From: Scenedesmus sp. PABB004
Taxonomy: Eukaryota
Direction: 5' to 3'
Length of the DNA: 45,548 nt
Assembly: GCA_014905635.1 (NCBI GenBank)
Contig: JABVCE010000003.1
Location: 1,798,001-1,843,548, forward strand
A model generated the notes under the pieces. The model worked only from the letters and a program-made list of their open reading frames with translations. It made no database searches and had not been told where the DNA came from. This document shows, piece by piece, positions 1 through 16,539 of the stretch. A program made the position numbers and the translations under genes. Each line of letters starts with the position of its first letter. The stretch's first letter is position 1.

Positions 1-3000
1 GCTTCTCGTGCGGCTGCTGCTGCTGCTTCAGCTGCTGCTTCTGCTGCGCGCCGCCAGCCTGCTTGGCCGCCGCCGCCGCCGCGGCCGGGCCGGCGGGCGG
101 CGGCTCCGGCGCGGCGGCCATGAGCGCGCCCACGAGCGGGCGGTGCTCGAGCCACCAGCGCAGCGAGCGGCTGTCCGCGCCGTCGAGCAGCACCGCCGGG
201 ATGTCGGGCTCGCGCCCCGTGTCGTCGCCGGCCATGGTCAGCAGCTCGCCGCGCGGCGCGAGGTTGAGCACCACCAGGCCCACCGCGCCCGCCGCCTGCA
301 CGGCCATGGCCTTGTCCAGGAAGCTGCACCCGCCGCGGCTCACCACCGCCAGCGCGCCCGCCAGCGACGCGGTGTTGGCCGGCCGGCCGCAGCCGCTCAG
401 CGGCTCCGCCAGCACCAGCGGCGCGGCGCGCGGGAGGTGGCTCACAGGCGGCAGGCCCGCGCAGCCGCGCCCCGGGTGCGCAAACGCCTGTGCGTGCAGC
501 CACGTGCTGGCGGGCTCCGACGACGTGGCACGAAAGCCCACGCAGCCCTCGCGCAGCGCCGCGCTGGCGAGGTCGGCGGCGCTCAGCTCCGGCGGCGGCG
601 CCGAGCACGGCAGGTCAAAGTCGTCATCACCGTCGTCCTGCGCCTGCTGCGCCTGCTGCGCCTGCTGCGCGTCGCCGTGCTCGTTGCTGCTGCGGCCGCT
701 GCTGCTGCTGCTGCTGCTGCCGCTGCTGCTGCTGCTCCCGTCCTCATCGCCGCCGCCGCCGGCGCGCGCGGCGGCCAGGTGCGCCTGCAGCGCCCTGCAC
801 ACGGCCGCGGAGGGCGTGGCGCCCGCCCAGCGGTCCGCCGCGCGCGCCGCCGCGAGCCAGGGCGTGTCGCGGGGGCGGCCGCCCGTCGGCGGCCGCGCGC
901 CCGCCGGCAGCCAGGGCGGCGGGCGGCCCGGCTGCACGAGCGGGCAGTCGGGCAGCAGCGCGAGGCGGTGCCGCGGCTCCGCGAGGTGGTCAAGGCACGC
1001 CCCCGGCAGCGCCGGCAGGCGCGGGCCGAACGACGCCTCCGCCGCCGCGTACTCGAGCGTCGCCGGGGCGCCGTCCTCGCCCGTGAGCGCCGCGAGCAGC
1101 ACCGCCTGCGCCGTGGCGGGCTCGCCGCCGACCGCGGTCAGCTGCAGCACCAGCGCGCCCGGCGGCAGCCCGATCGCGCTGTCGAGCGCGGAGAGGCGGC
1201 GGATGGCGCCGGCGCAGCCGACGGCGCCGTCGCGCACGCGCAGCATGCACAGCACCTGCGCCAGCACCGTGCCGCCCGCGACCGACGCCTGCGCGGGGTC
1301 GGGCCCCGACCCCGCCTCCGCGGCCTGCCCAAAGTTGAGCCGCGCGAGGCGCACGGCGAGGCTGTCGGGCGGCGACGCCGCGAGCGCGGCGCTCGTGGCG
1401 AGGCACGCGCGGCAGCGCCGGTACCTGCGCGGCGCGGCGCGCGGCGCGTGGCGCAAGCGCAGCGCGGCGCGTGGCGCGTGGCGCGGCGCGTGGCGCGGCG
1501 CGTGACGCGGGCGCAGCGGGTGCCGCGCGCCGGCAGGCGCCGGGCGCGGCGCGCGGCGCGCGGCGCGCGGCCCGCGCGCGGCGCCGCACCGTATGCGCCG
1601 GCTGTACACGCGCCGCACGGGCAGCAGCGGCAGCGCCGCGCGCAGCCGCGCCTCGTACCCTGCCTCCTCCGCCTCGCTGCGCACCGCGCACAGCGGCCGG
1701 CAGTTGGACGGCAGCGAGTCGAGCGGCCGGCCCGCCGCCAGGCTCGGCGCGTCGCCGCCCGCGCCGGCCTGCTGCGTCCGCTGCTCCGCCTGCTGCTGCT
1801 GCTGCTTCTGCTGTTGCTGCGGCTGCTGCTGCTGCGCCTGCTGCTCCTGCTGCACCTCTGGCGGCCGCGCGTCGCTGCGCGGCTCCTGCTCCTCGCCTCC
1901 ACCGCCGCCGCCGCCGCCCGACCGCGCCGCCTGCTCCGCCGCCTCGTCCTCGGCGTAGGGGTCGGCGTCGCCGCCGTCGCCGTCGCACGCCGGCCCGCAG
2001 TCCTCGCTGAACTCGCACCCCGGGCCGCACGCCTCCTCCTCGCCGCCGCCGCCGCCGCCGCTGGCGCCGCGGCCGCGCCCGCCCGGCCGCGGCGGCGGCG
2101 CCGCCGCGTGCGGCGCCGCGCGCTCGCTGGGCGGCAGGCCCGCCTCTGTCGCGTGCGCGTCGTCGGCGTGGTGCAGCGGGGGCAGGAGGTGTCCCTCTGT
2201 GCTGAGTACGTAGTGGTCCAGCAGGGGGGCGCTGTCGGTGAAGGAGAGGTACAGGTAGCGCACCGTCTCGCTGCGGGGGGGGGGGGGGGGAGGGGTGTGG
2301 GTGGGTGGGTGAGGGGTGTGAGTGTGCGTGCGTGCGGGGAGGTGAGGGCCAGGGGGAGGGGGGGGGGGGGGCAGCGAGGGGGCGTGTGGTGTGGGACCAC
2401 ACCTGAGGAAGTAGCTCTCCATGAGGTCGGTGTGCGCGCCTGGCGATGAGGGGAGGGTGGGCAGCAGGGTTTAGGGAGCGGGCAGGGCTTGCGCCGCCGC
2501 CGCAGCCGCCCCCGCAGGCGAGCAGAGCAGCTGAGAGCCCCCCCCCCCCCCCCCCACACCCACACCCACGCCCCCACCCACCCACCCGTGTGCACGTCCT
2601 TGATCGGCGCGTAGCCGCACGGCGTCCAGCTCGCGTTGAGCACCGCCAGCAGGCTCGCCGCGACGCCCGCGTACACGCCGCCAGGGTCGCCAGACACGGC
2701 CTTCAGGTACCTGGCGGGGCGCGGCGCGGGGCGGGGCGGCGCGCGCGGGGCGCGCGGGGCGCGTGGGGCGGCCGCGGCGCCGCGTGGGCGGCGGCGCGGG
2801 CGGCAAGGCAGGGGCCGCCGGCGCCGCTGGCACCGCTGGCGCCGCCGCGTCTGGCCGGCGCCGGCGGCGCCGCGGGGGCGCGCGCGGCGGACCAGGTTGA
2901 CTCGATGTGCTCGGGGCGCAGGTTGTAGCCGGGGTCTTCGGGGTGCACCGCGGCGAGGTCGGCGCCAAACAGCTCCGGCAGCCAGCCCCAGGTCTCCCAC

Positions 3001-3186
3001 GCGGACGTGAAGTTGGCGTGCAGCGCCGCCGCGTCGGCGTCCTGCCCCGCCAGCACCTGCATCGCCGGCCAGAACGCGCCCAGGCTGCTCACCCAGGGGC
3101 GCAGCAGGCGCCCGCTCTCCATGTGCACGTCCAGCAGGAACACGGGCGACGACGCGCCCGGCGCGCCCGGCAGCTGCGCGCGCGGG

Positions 3187-3218
<32 letters not shown>

Positions 3219-5247
3219 CGCGGCGGTGCGGCGGTGCGGCGGCGGTGACGGTGCGGCGGTGCGGCGGAGCAGCGCCATGCGCCGGTGCGCCGTCCGCGCG
3301 CGTCCGTGCCCCCCTTGCCCCCCCCCCCCCCCCCCCCCCCCCTGAACCCCCGCCCCCCCCCCCCCCACCTGCATGTGCCGCATCGTCGCGACGTAGAGCT
3401 CTACAAACATGTCCAGGTGGGCGCGGTGACCAAACATGAGGTACGCCTGGGGTTTAGGGCAGGGCGCATGGGGGCGTGGGCGCGTGCGCCGGCCGCCGGG
3501 GTGGCCGGCTGGTGTTGAAACCCTCGCAAATGCGCCCCCCTCGAGCCCTCCCCAGCACTTAACCCCCCCAGCCCTAAACCCCCGCCTAAGCCCTAAAACC
3601 CCAGCCCCCTACCCCCCTAAACCCCTCCAACCCCCCCCCCCCCGTTGCACCTTGAGCAGGTACTCGTAGTAGGAGTCGCTGCCCGGGCCGATGCTGCTGC
3701 CCGGGTGGGACCACGTCGACGCGCCCACGTGCACGCCGCCGCCGACGAGCCCCAGCGGGCTGCGCCCCGCGTACAGCGCCGCCGCCGCGTGCGCCGCGGC
3801 GTCCATGTAGCGCGGGCGTCGCGTGAGCGCGGAGAGGAGCCCAAACTCGAGCAGCAGCGTGCCCGCGCACGCGGTGCACGAAAAGTTCTCCCCCGACAGC
3901 CGGCCCTGGTGCGTGTGGGGGGCAGGGGGGGGGGTCAGAGGAGGAGGCGGGCGGCGGCAGCGGCGCGCTGGCCGCGCGGCGCGGCGCGGAGCGGCGCGCG
4001 CAGCACGGCCGGCGACGCGCGCGCCGTGCGCCCGGGCGGCGCGCCTTCTGCAGGTGCACGTGGCCGCCCGGGAGGCCGCTGGGCGTGTCGAACGCGGCGA
4101 GGAGGCGGTCGCCGAGGTCTGAGGCCCACGCGAGCAGGCGGCCGTCGTAGCCGGGCGCGAGGCTGGGGTCGTCCGACAGCAGCGCGTGCCCCGACAGCAG
4201 CCCGCCCAGCACGCGGATGGTGGTCTCAAACACGTGCACCTGAGGGGAGCGCGGGGGGGGGGGGGGGGGGGGGGGGCGCGGGCAGGCCCGTCACGGCGCA
4301 GCCGCCGCGCCGCCGCTGCTGGGCCGGCCGCGCGCGCACGCACGGCGAGCGTCCCGCCCTCTGCCGCTGCTGCCGCGCCCCTCGCTGCCTCCCGCCCCTC
4401 CCCCTCCACCCCCTTCTCTGCCCACCTTGGCGTCCTTGTCAAAGTCCAGCACGCGCGCAAGGCGGTCCAGCGCGTCCAGCACGTCGCCGCGGCGGTTGAG
4501 CAGGACCAGCATGTCCAGCGCGTCCACCAGCGTCAGCCCCAGCCCGCCCTGCCAGTCCGCGCCGCCGCAGGTCACGGGCAGCAGGTTGTCCTGCGCGGCG
4601 CGCGGCCGGCGGCGCGGCGGCGAACGGTCGGCGGCGCGGCACGCGGCGACCGAGGTGGCGCCGCCGCGCTGCTCGCCGTCGCATCGCCGGCCGCTGCGCT
4701 CGTGGCCGCCCGACCGCCCCGCAGCGCCCCGCAGCGCCCCGCAGCGCCCCGCAGCACGCCGCCGGCGCGCGCCTTGGGGAAGGCGTGGCGCATGTAGTTG
4801 GAGTATCCGTGGTCAAACATCTCCCACGCCTGCCGCCGCAGCGCCTCCAGGGCGCTTGCGTTGGCGACGGGGCCGTGCGACCGCCACACCGCGCGCACGC
4901 GCTGCACGCGCTCCTGCGGCGCGCGCGCACGTGCGCAGGCGGCGCGCGCGGTCGGCGGCAGCGCCGCCGCCGCACACCGCACGCCGCACGCCGCTGCGCG
5001 CCAGGCACCCCGCCGCCGTCGCTCCGGCGGGGCTCGCTGCCAACCGCCGCTGCAGCAGCGTTGCACCCGCAGACCCCGCCGCGCTCACCGCCGGCGTCTG
5101 CACCGCGCAGGGCGAGAGCTCCGGCCGCGCCTCGCACTGGTCGACGTGCGCGGCGCATGGCCGGGGGCCGAGCGGCAGCAGCAGCAGTGGCAGCAGCAGC
5201 GGCACCAGCAGCGGCAGCGGCGGCAGCGGCCGCCGCCGCCGTTCCAT
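1..5247 (-). CDS. ER degradation-enhancing alpha-mannosidase-like protein (GH47, EDEM3-like) with C-terminal protease-associated (PA) domain; multi-exon, 3' end beyond the window
   Basis: Signal peptide MERRRRPLPPLPLLVPLLLPLLLL. Exons carry GH47 motifs EMFDHGYSNYMRHAFPK|DNLLP, LTLVDALDML, VHVFETTIRVLGGLLSGH, CTACAGTLLLEFGLLS, IGPGSDSYYEYLLK, YNLRPEHIEST, MESYFLS|ETVRYLYL and VLSTEGH. PA motif SRGGCSFLDKAMAVQAAGAVGLVV...IPAVLL at about 120-400. Confidence 0.93.
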
Positions 5248-5673
5248 GCTGCTGCTGGCCCCCGAGCCGGTCATCGAGCCATGGCGCAGGCTGCCGGCCG
5301 CGGGCGGGCGGCGGCGCCCACTGCGGCGCGCTCGGCAGCAACGGCGTGCGGGGCGGCGTGCGGGGCGGCGAGCGTGCGCCTCCTCTGGCTGAGCGGCAGG
5401 GAATTTTACAGACCACTCGACCGCGCGCGATGACATGGGGCGGCGGCGGCGAGGGCTCGGCTCCAAACCGCCAGCGCACGCCGGGTTGACGGGGCCGCGC
5501 GCGGCCGCCGCGCTGGCCCACTCGCCCCCGCTCCCGCGCCATCACTCAGCGCGCTGGCCGCACCACGCTCCAGGCGGCATCGCGCCATCTGAGCCGCAGG
5601 TCCGCAGCAGCAGACGCGCGCCGCGCCGCTGCTGCCGCGCCGCCGCCGCCCGCCCGCCGCCGCGCTGGCGGCG

Positions 5674-6004
5674 ATGGCGGACGCCGACGGCTTCACGTGG
5701 GCGCCGGGATTCACCACCGTCCGGGTGGGCTGGAGCGGCGCGGTCGGCCACATCGTGCTGCAGCGGTGCGGGCGCCAGCGAGCTCGGCGGCGGCGGCGGC
5801 CGCGGCGGCGGCGGCGGCGGCCGCGGCCCTCACGCGCGCCGCCGCCGCGCCGCCGCAGCCCTGCCAAGAGCAACGCGTTTGACGGGCCGATGTGGACCGA
5901 GTTCCCCGCCGCGGTCGCGCTGCTGCAGGCCCGCGGCGACATCCGCGCGGTGCGCCGCGCGCACCCACTGCGCGCCGTCGCCGCCCGCCGCCGCCGGCAC
6001 CCCA

Positions 6005-6036
<32 letters not shown>

Positions 6037-7096
6037 CGCCGCGCAGGCGGTCGTGTCGGCCGCGGGGCGCAACTTCTGCGCCGGCCTGGACCTGGGCTAC
6101 CTGGCAGGCACCTTTGCGGCGCGGCGCGGCGCGGCGGGGTGCCCCGCGCGCGCGCGCGAGGCGCTGCGGCGCGACATCGGGGCCATGCAGGCTGCGTTCA
6201 CAGGCCTGGAGGCGTGCGCATTCCCCGTCATCGCCGCGGTCCAGGGCGAGCGGCGCGGCGCGGCGCGGCGCGGCGGCGGCGCGGCGCGGCGGCGGCGCGC
6301 GGGCGGCGGCGCGGAGCTGCGGCTGAGCCGCGCGCGCCGCCGTGTGCGCCACGCGCGCCGGCGCAGGCGCGTGCGTGGGTGCGGGCGTGGACCTGATCAC
6401 GGCCGCGGACCTGCGGTACTGCACCGCCGACGCCAGCTTCAGCGTCAAGGTGCGCGCGCGTGTGTGTGTGGTGGTGGTGGGGGGGGGGGGGGGGGGGGGG
6501 GGGGGGCTGGGCCGGCGCGACGGGCCGGCGCGGCGCCCGCGTGCTCACGCCGGCGCGGGCGTGCCGCAGGAGGTCGACCTGGCCATCACCGCCGACCTGG
6601 GCACCCTGCAGCGCCTGCCGTCCATCGTCGGCCACGGTACGCGCCGCCGCCAGCGAGCGCCGGCGCAGCGCGGACGCGGCGCGCCGCCCAGGCCGCCGCT
6701 GTCGTGGGCCGGCGCCAATGGCCGTCCCACCGCCGCCGCTTACCGCGTGCGCCGCGCCCCCCGCCCGGCGCAGGCGTGGCGGCGGAGCTCGCGCTCACCG
6801 CGCGCAGCGTGGGCGGCGCCGAGGCAGCGCGGCTGGGCCTGGTGGCCGGCGTGTTCGCCGACCACGCCGCGCTGCTGGCGGGCGTGCTGGCGCTGGCGCG
6901 GGAGCTGGCGGCCAAGAGCCCGCTCGCTGTGGCGGGGACCAAGGCGGTGCTGCTGCGCGCCCGCGACGCGCCCGGCGTGGCGGCGGGGCTGCAGCACGTC
7001 GCGCTCTGGAACTCCGCGTTCCTGCTGTCGGACGACATGACCGAGCTCGTCACCGCGCGCGCTGAGCGGCGGCCGCCGGTGTACTCCAAGCTGTGA
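5674..7096 (+). CDS. DCI1: Peroxisomal delta(3,5)-delta(2,4)-dienoyl-CoA isomerase (crotonase family), multi-exon
   Basis: Exons give PAKSNAFDGPMW, GRNFCAGLDL, FPVIAAVQ|GACVGAGVDLITAADLRYCT, FSVK|EVDLAITADLGTLQRLPSIVG and KSPLAVAGTK. C-terminal SKL is a PTS1 signal. Confidence 0.9.
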
Positions 7097-7298
7097 CCCT
7101 GCGGGGCGCCTGAGGCAGCGCCCGGCGTCGCTTTGGCCGGCGGCGGGCGGGCGCGGTTTTGGGCCGGGGCGCGCGGTGCAACGCAGTTGCGCGCAGAAGC
7201 GCAACGCACGCGTGCCCCCACTGCTGCCTGCCACAGCCCCGCACTCGCCAGATGCAGGCGCACGGACCTGCTGCAGCTGCCGAGAACGCCGCTGCGGC

Positions 7299-8409
7299 AT
7301 GCAGTCGGCGCGCGCGCCGCTCGCGCAATCGCCGCCGTCCAATCGCGGGCTCTGCGCCGTGATCGTCAAGCTCGGCGGCTCCGCCATCACGGACAAGGGG
7401 CGCCTGGAGACACTGCGCGGCGACACGCTCGCGGCGGCCGCTGCCCACGTCGCGGCGCTGCATCGGCACCTGCAGCAGGTGACTGGGGCAGCGGGCCCGC
7501 CCGGCGCGTCACGTCGAGGGATAGGCCTGCCGTGGGGCACGCAGTGCGCTGCCGCAGCCCGCCGCAGCCCGCCGCAGCCCGCCGCAGCACGCAGTGCGCT
7601 GCCGCAGCCCGCCTGCAGGCCGCTGCGCCCGCCGCCGCTGCCGCCAGGCGCGCCGCGGCGGAGTGTGCGTGGTCCACGGCGCGGGGTCGTTCGGCCACTT
7701 CCAGGCCTCCGAATTCGGCATCGCGCGCGGCGGGAACGACCCGCAGAGCGCGGTCGCCGGCTTTGTGGCGACGCGGCGGTCCGTCGCGCGCCTGCACGCC
7801 GCGGTGCTCGACGCGCTCATCGACGCGGGCGTGCCCGCGGTGGGGCTGTCGCCGTGCGGCGTCTGGACCACCAACGACCGGCGCGTTGCGGACGCGGCGG
7901 CCGGCGTTGCGGCCGTGTCGGCCGTGCTCTGCGCGGGCATGGTTCCTGTGTTGCACGGCGACGCGGTGCTTGACGCGGTCCTCGGCGTCACGATCCTGTC
8001 CGGCGACACGCTGTTGCGAGAGCTCGCGCTCGCGCTGGCCCCGGAGCACGCCGCCTTCCTCACGCACGAGGCGGGCCTCTTCAACCGCCCGCCGCAGCAG
8101 CCCGGCGCGGCGCTGGTGCCGGCGGTGGAGGTCGCGCGCGACGGCAGCTGGCGGCTCCCAGCTGGCACTGGCGGCGGCGGCGGCGGCGGCGCGGCGGGCG
8201 TGGCGATGTCGACGGCGGCGCACGACGTCTCTGGCGGCATCGCCAAGAAGGTCGCTGAAGCCGCGGCCGTCGCCGCCGCGGGCTGCCCCGTCGTGATCGC
8301 CCAGGCCGGCTCGCCGTCGGGCGCGGCGGCGCTGCTGCACGGGCCGGCCGCGTTTGTCGGCGACGGCGCGCTGCGCGGAACGGTCATCGCCCTGGCGGCC
8401 GGGGCCTGA
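7299..8409 (+). CDS. IPK: Isopentenyl phosphate kinase (amino-acid kinase family), 2 exons
   Basis: IVKLGGSAITDK, VVHGAGSFGHFQA, VPVLHGDAVLD, ILSGDTLL, HDVSGGIAKKV and terminal GTVI match IPK motifs. Confidence 0.88.
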
Positions 8410-8619
8410 CCAGCTCGTGAGCGCTGGCGGTCGCGGCCACCGGCCGGCGCTGCAATATCGCGCCGAGGCCGCGCGCGCGCTGGGACGTGCGACGGGCGTG
8501 CTGGTCGTTGCAGCTTGCGTTGCAACCTGCGAGCCCACCCTCGACCGCGGCTGGCGCGCGCCACGCACCCACGCGCGAGCCCCGAACGCTGGCCAGCGGT
8601 GCAGGCGGCGCGCGGCGCA

Positions 8620-11600
8620 CTACGCGCGCTCGCGCGGCGGGACAGCCAGGGCTCGGAAGGGCCCGCCGCGGCGCCGCGCCGCCCAGGCCGCCGCGATGCT
8701 GCCGCCGCGGGCCGCCATGACCAGCACCAGCCCCGCCCACACCCCGCACAGCCGCAGCGCCACGTCGTCGCCCGCGGCGCGCGCGCCCAGCGCCATCACC
8801 GCCGCTGCGGGCGCCGCGCACAGCGCCATCTGCACCGCCGCAAACCTGAGGGCGGCGGCGCCGCCGCGCGCGGGGGGTGTGAGCTGCTCAGCGGCGGGCG
8901 CGCATGCGGCCGCGCGCGCGCGCGCGTGCGCGGCTCACCGGAAGCCGCCGGCGCCAAAGAGGATCCCGTCCCACACAAACGCGAGCGCGTTGACCGGCTG
9001 GCTCGCCGCGAGCACCGGCCACAGCGCGGCCACGAGCGCGAGCACCGCGGGGTCGGCCGTGAACACACCCGCCGCGCCCGGCCCCGCCGCGCCCAGCGCC
9101 AGCGCCAGCGCGACGCCCAGCGCGGCGGCGAGCGCCACGCAGCGCTCCACGATCTGGGGCGGGACCCGCCCGCGGGCGGGTCGGCGGCCGGCGGGCGGGG
9201 CGGGTCGGCGCGCGGCGGGCGGCGCGGCCCCCCGCGCGGCCCCGCGCGCGCGCGCGTGCGCACCCGGCGCGCGGACGCGGCGTCGCCGGCCGCCACGCTG
9301 CGCGCGAGCAGCGTCTGCGCCGCGACGGCGAGGCTGTCGGCGAGCAGGGAGCTGGAGAGCCAGAGCTGGAAGCTCACGGTGTGCGCCGCCGCCGACGCGG
9401 GCGCGCGCGCGGTGAGCGAGGTCGCGAGCGCGTACGTGAGCGTGATTGCGGTGGTCCGCAGCACCAGCAGGCCGGTGGGCGCGAAGAGCCGCGCCGTCGC
9501 CGCCAGCGCGTCCGCGTCGAGGCGCAGCCCGTGGCGCCGCACCAGGCGCGCCAGCAGCCACGCCAGCGGCAGCGCCTGCGCGCGGCGGGCGGCGAGGCGG
9601 GCGGTGCTCAGCTTGGGGCGCGGACGGCGAGCTCGGACGCGGTGGCAAGCCCCGCTGTCGAGACCTCGCGAGCCCCCGTCTGCCGCTGCGCCCCCCGCCT
9701 CCGCCGCCCCCGCGCCCGCTCCCAGAGCATCCGGAGACGCGACCCCCGTGCCCAGCGCGGCCAGCCCAGGCTCTCGCTGCCGGCGCCACCACAAAGATGG
9801 GCCTGCTCTCCCTGCCCGCCCGGCTCTTCAGCCGGGGGGCCTCCTGCATCCAGCCGTGCCACCAGGAGGACCTGCAGCAGCTGGCGCGCAGCTCCATCGA
9901 CCTCTCGCGCACGCGGCTCGCTACTCGGCGGTGCAGCCTGGACAACGCGGGCTGCGCGTTCAGCCACGAGGAGCTGCACACCGTGTGCCCGCGGTGCGGC
10001 GCCGGGGCCGCCGGGCGCGCCCCCAGCGCGCGGGCAGCCGCCCGCATGGCGCAAGTTGGGCCCGCCTCACGCGCCCGCGCGTCGCCAGCGCGCGTGCGCG
10101 CGGCCCCGATCCCCGAGGCGCCCGCCCGGGCCCGCCTGCGCGCCGGCGGAGCGGCAGCGCCCGGCCCGCCGCCGGCCCGCCGCCGGCCCGCCGCCGACCC
10201 CCGCGCGCGCCGCTGCTGCCGCGCAGGGAGGACAGCATCAAGCTGGCCAAGCAGCGCCTCTCGCACGACGACCGGCAGCAGCACCACCACGGCATGCACC
10301 TGGAGCGCCAGGCGCTTGACTGGGAGGCCGCCGGCGCGGGCGACCACGCGCACGTGCAGTTTGCGCGCGGTGTGGCCGTGCACATGATCTGAGCCGGCGC
10401 GCGTCGCGGAGCAGCACCAACCCAACCTCTGGAATGGCGATCGCGGCGGCGGCGCGCCCGGCGGGCGCGACCGCAGCTGGGCCGCCGCGGCGCGGCCGAT
10501 GATGGTGCTGGAGCGTGTTTTTGGATCCCGCGCGCGCGCGCCGCCGCGCGTCGTGCGGCGTGCTCGTGCGGCGTGCTCGTTGCCTTATGGCCTCTCTGGT
10601 GCGGATGAGCTGTAGTAGTGACTGTTTCAATTGTCGGCTCTCGCAAATAGGTGATGCGGCGCAAAGGCCGCCGCGCCCCGCCCCAGCGCGCGCGTGTGTT
10701 GCTGCTGCTGCGACTCGGCCCTTGGTGTGGCACTGCGCTGGGTGCGCGCTCGCCCCCTATGCGGGGGCCGCACGCGGGTGTGTGTGGACGGTCACGCACG
10801 CATGGGGGTTGGGCGATCGGGGGCAGCTGGGGCGGCGGCGGCTGTCGATGCCACCCTTTCACGCCCGCGGCAGGGACAGGGGGGCGCTCCCCGCCGCAGC
10901 AGCAGCATTGGCGCAGCCAGCGCGGCGCGGATTGCGTCGCCGCCGGCGCCCTGCACAAGGGCGCCCGCGGGGACGGCTTGCGATCGGGGCACGAGGTACG
11001 CTGTAACCATGCCCAAGCCCCCAACCGACCGGCTCACCTGGGCGATCACGGTGGCCGTCGCTGCTCCGCGCACGCCCAGATGCAGGCGAAATATGCACAG
11101 CCAGGCGAGCAGCACGTTGGCCGCGTTGGCCGCGAGCGTCGCGAGCAGCGGCGTGCGCGGCTCCTGCAGCCCCCGGAACACGCCCTGCGCGGCCGCGCGG
11201 GCGGCGGCGGCGCCGCGGCGGCTGACCCACGACCTCGCTGCGTGCGGCGCCTGCGCTGCTGGCAGTGGCGCGCACGCGCCGCACCTGCATCGTCAGAAGC
11301 AGCACCGTCACGGGCGCGCCGAGGGCGCGGACCGACAGGAACTCGCTCGCGGGCTGCCACAGCGGCGACGCGGGGTCGACGCCCCACAGCTGCGCCGCCC
11401 ACGGCCCGCTGCCGAGCAGCAGCGCCGCCTGCGGCCGCGGTGGTGCGCGCGGTGCGCGCCAGTGGGGCTGCGGCGGCTGGCCGCGCCGCGGCTGGCTGCG
11501 CCGCGGCTGGCCGCACCTGCACGGTGCCGACGGCCGCAGCGATGACGATGCTGGAGGTGATCGCGGCGCTGATGCCGCCGCCGCCGCCGCCGCCGCCGCG

Positions 11601-12077
11601 GCCCTCGTCGCCGCCGGTCGGCACGCCGTTGTGGCCCTCGTCGCCGCCGGTCGGCACGCCGCCGGCGCTGGCCGCCCGGTCCCGGCCAAGGGCCGCCGCG
11701 ACGCTGGAGGTTGTGACGGAGAGCAGGGGCACGTTGACCACCTTTGCGACCGTGTTAAACACGGACAGCGCGACGCCCACGCCCGCGAGCTGGCTCGCGC
11801 CGAGGCCGCGGCCGATGAACGCGGTGTCCACCAGCCCCGCGATCGGGTCGGCCGCCAGCGTCGCCAGCACGGGCAGCGCGATGGAAAGGATCTCGACCGT
11901 CAGCCCCGGCGCCTCCCGCTGCCCCGGCTCGCGCGGCGACGCCCGCTGCTGCCGCGGCCGCTGCCGCTGCCGCCGCCGCGCGGCGCGGCCGCCGGAGCTG
12001 CTGCTGCTGTTGAGCAGAGGTACAGACGAGGGCAGCCGTGCTCCAGCGGAGCAGCGGGGCGCCGCCCGGGCCAGCAT
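8620..12077 (-). CDS. MATE/DTX efflux transporter with probable plastid transit peptide, multi-exon; one 1462-bp intron at 9576-11037
   Basis: EILSIALPVLATLAADPIAGLVDTAFIG, GVFRGLQEPRTPL, LGVRGAATATVIAQ|ALPLAWLL, AAHTVSFQLWLSSSLLADSLAVAAQ and QPVNALAFVWDGILFGAGGF. Confidence 0.92.
9797..10392 (+). CDS. Small orphan protein (120 aa), 2 exons (9797-9993, 10227-10392), nested antisense in the MATE intron
   Basis: AAAGATGG start, host-like codon usage, GT donor at 9994 and CAG acceptor at 10224-10226 with matching phase (CG|G), TGA at 10390-10392, and TGTAA at 11002. Confidence 0.7.
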
Positions 12078-12393
12078 CGCGCCGCCGCGCCCCGCCGCTG
12101 CCGCGCTGCTGCCGGGGCCGCGGCGGGGTAGCCACAGCCGCGTGACCGGGCTGCGCGCCGCGTGGGCGGCAAGCTGCCTCTCGAGGAGGCCGATGCGCGG
12201 CTACCCGGGCTGCCGGGGCGTCGCAGTCGCCCGGCGCGAGAGCGGCGCTGCCGCTGCCGAGCGCGTCGGGCGGCGTCGGTGCGGCGCTGCGAGCGCGTGC
12301 GGGCCGAATCACGGCGGGGCGCCACTGGGAAGCGCCGTGCTGGGGACCCGCGTCGCACCGGCGGCGCGGCGCACAACCCTCGCGCGCCGCGCG

Positions 12394-16539
<4,146 letters not shown>

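Noticed and set aside
8..2449. Long plus-strand ORF (813 aa) and the many other Arg/Ala/Pro-rich ORFs in the track
   Set aside because: Antisense or off-frame shadows of real exons in very GC-rich DNA where stop codons are rare; no recognisable motifs.
10600..10660. SECIS-like ATGA..AA..GA downstream of the nested gene's TGA
   Set aside because: Spacing and pairing do not fit the SECIS core, and the sequence after the TGA does not look coding.
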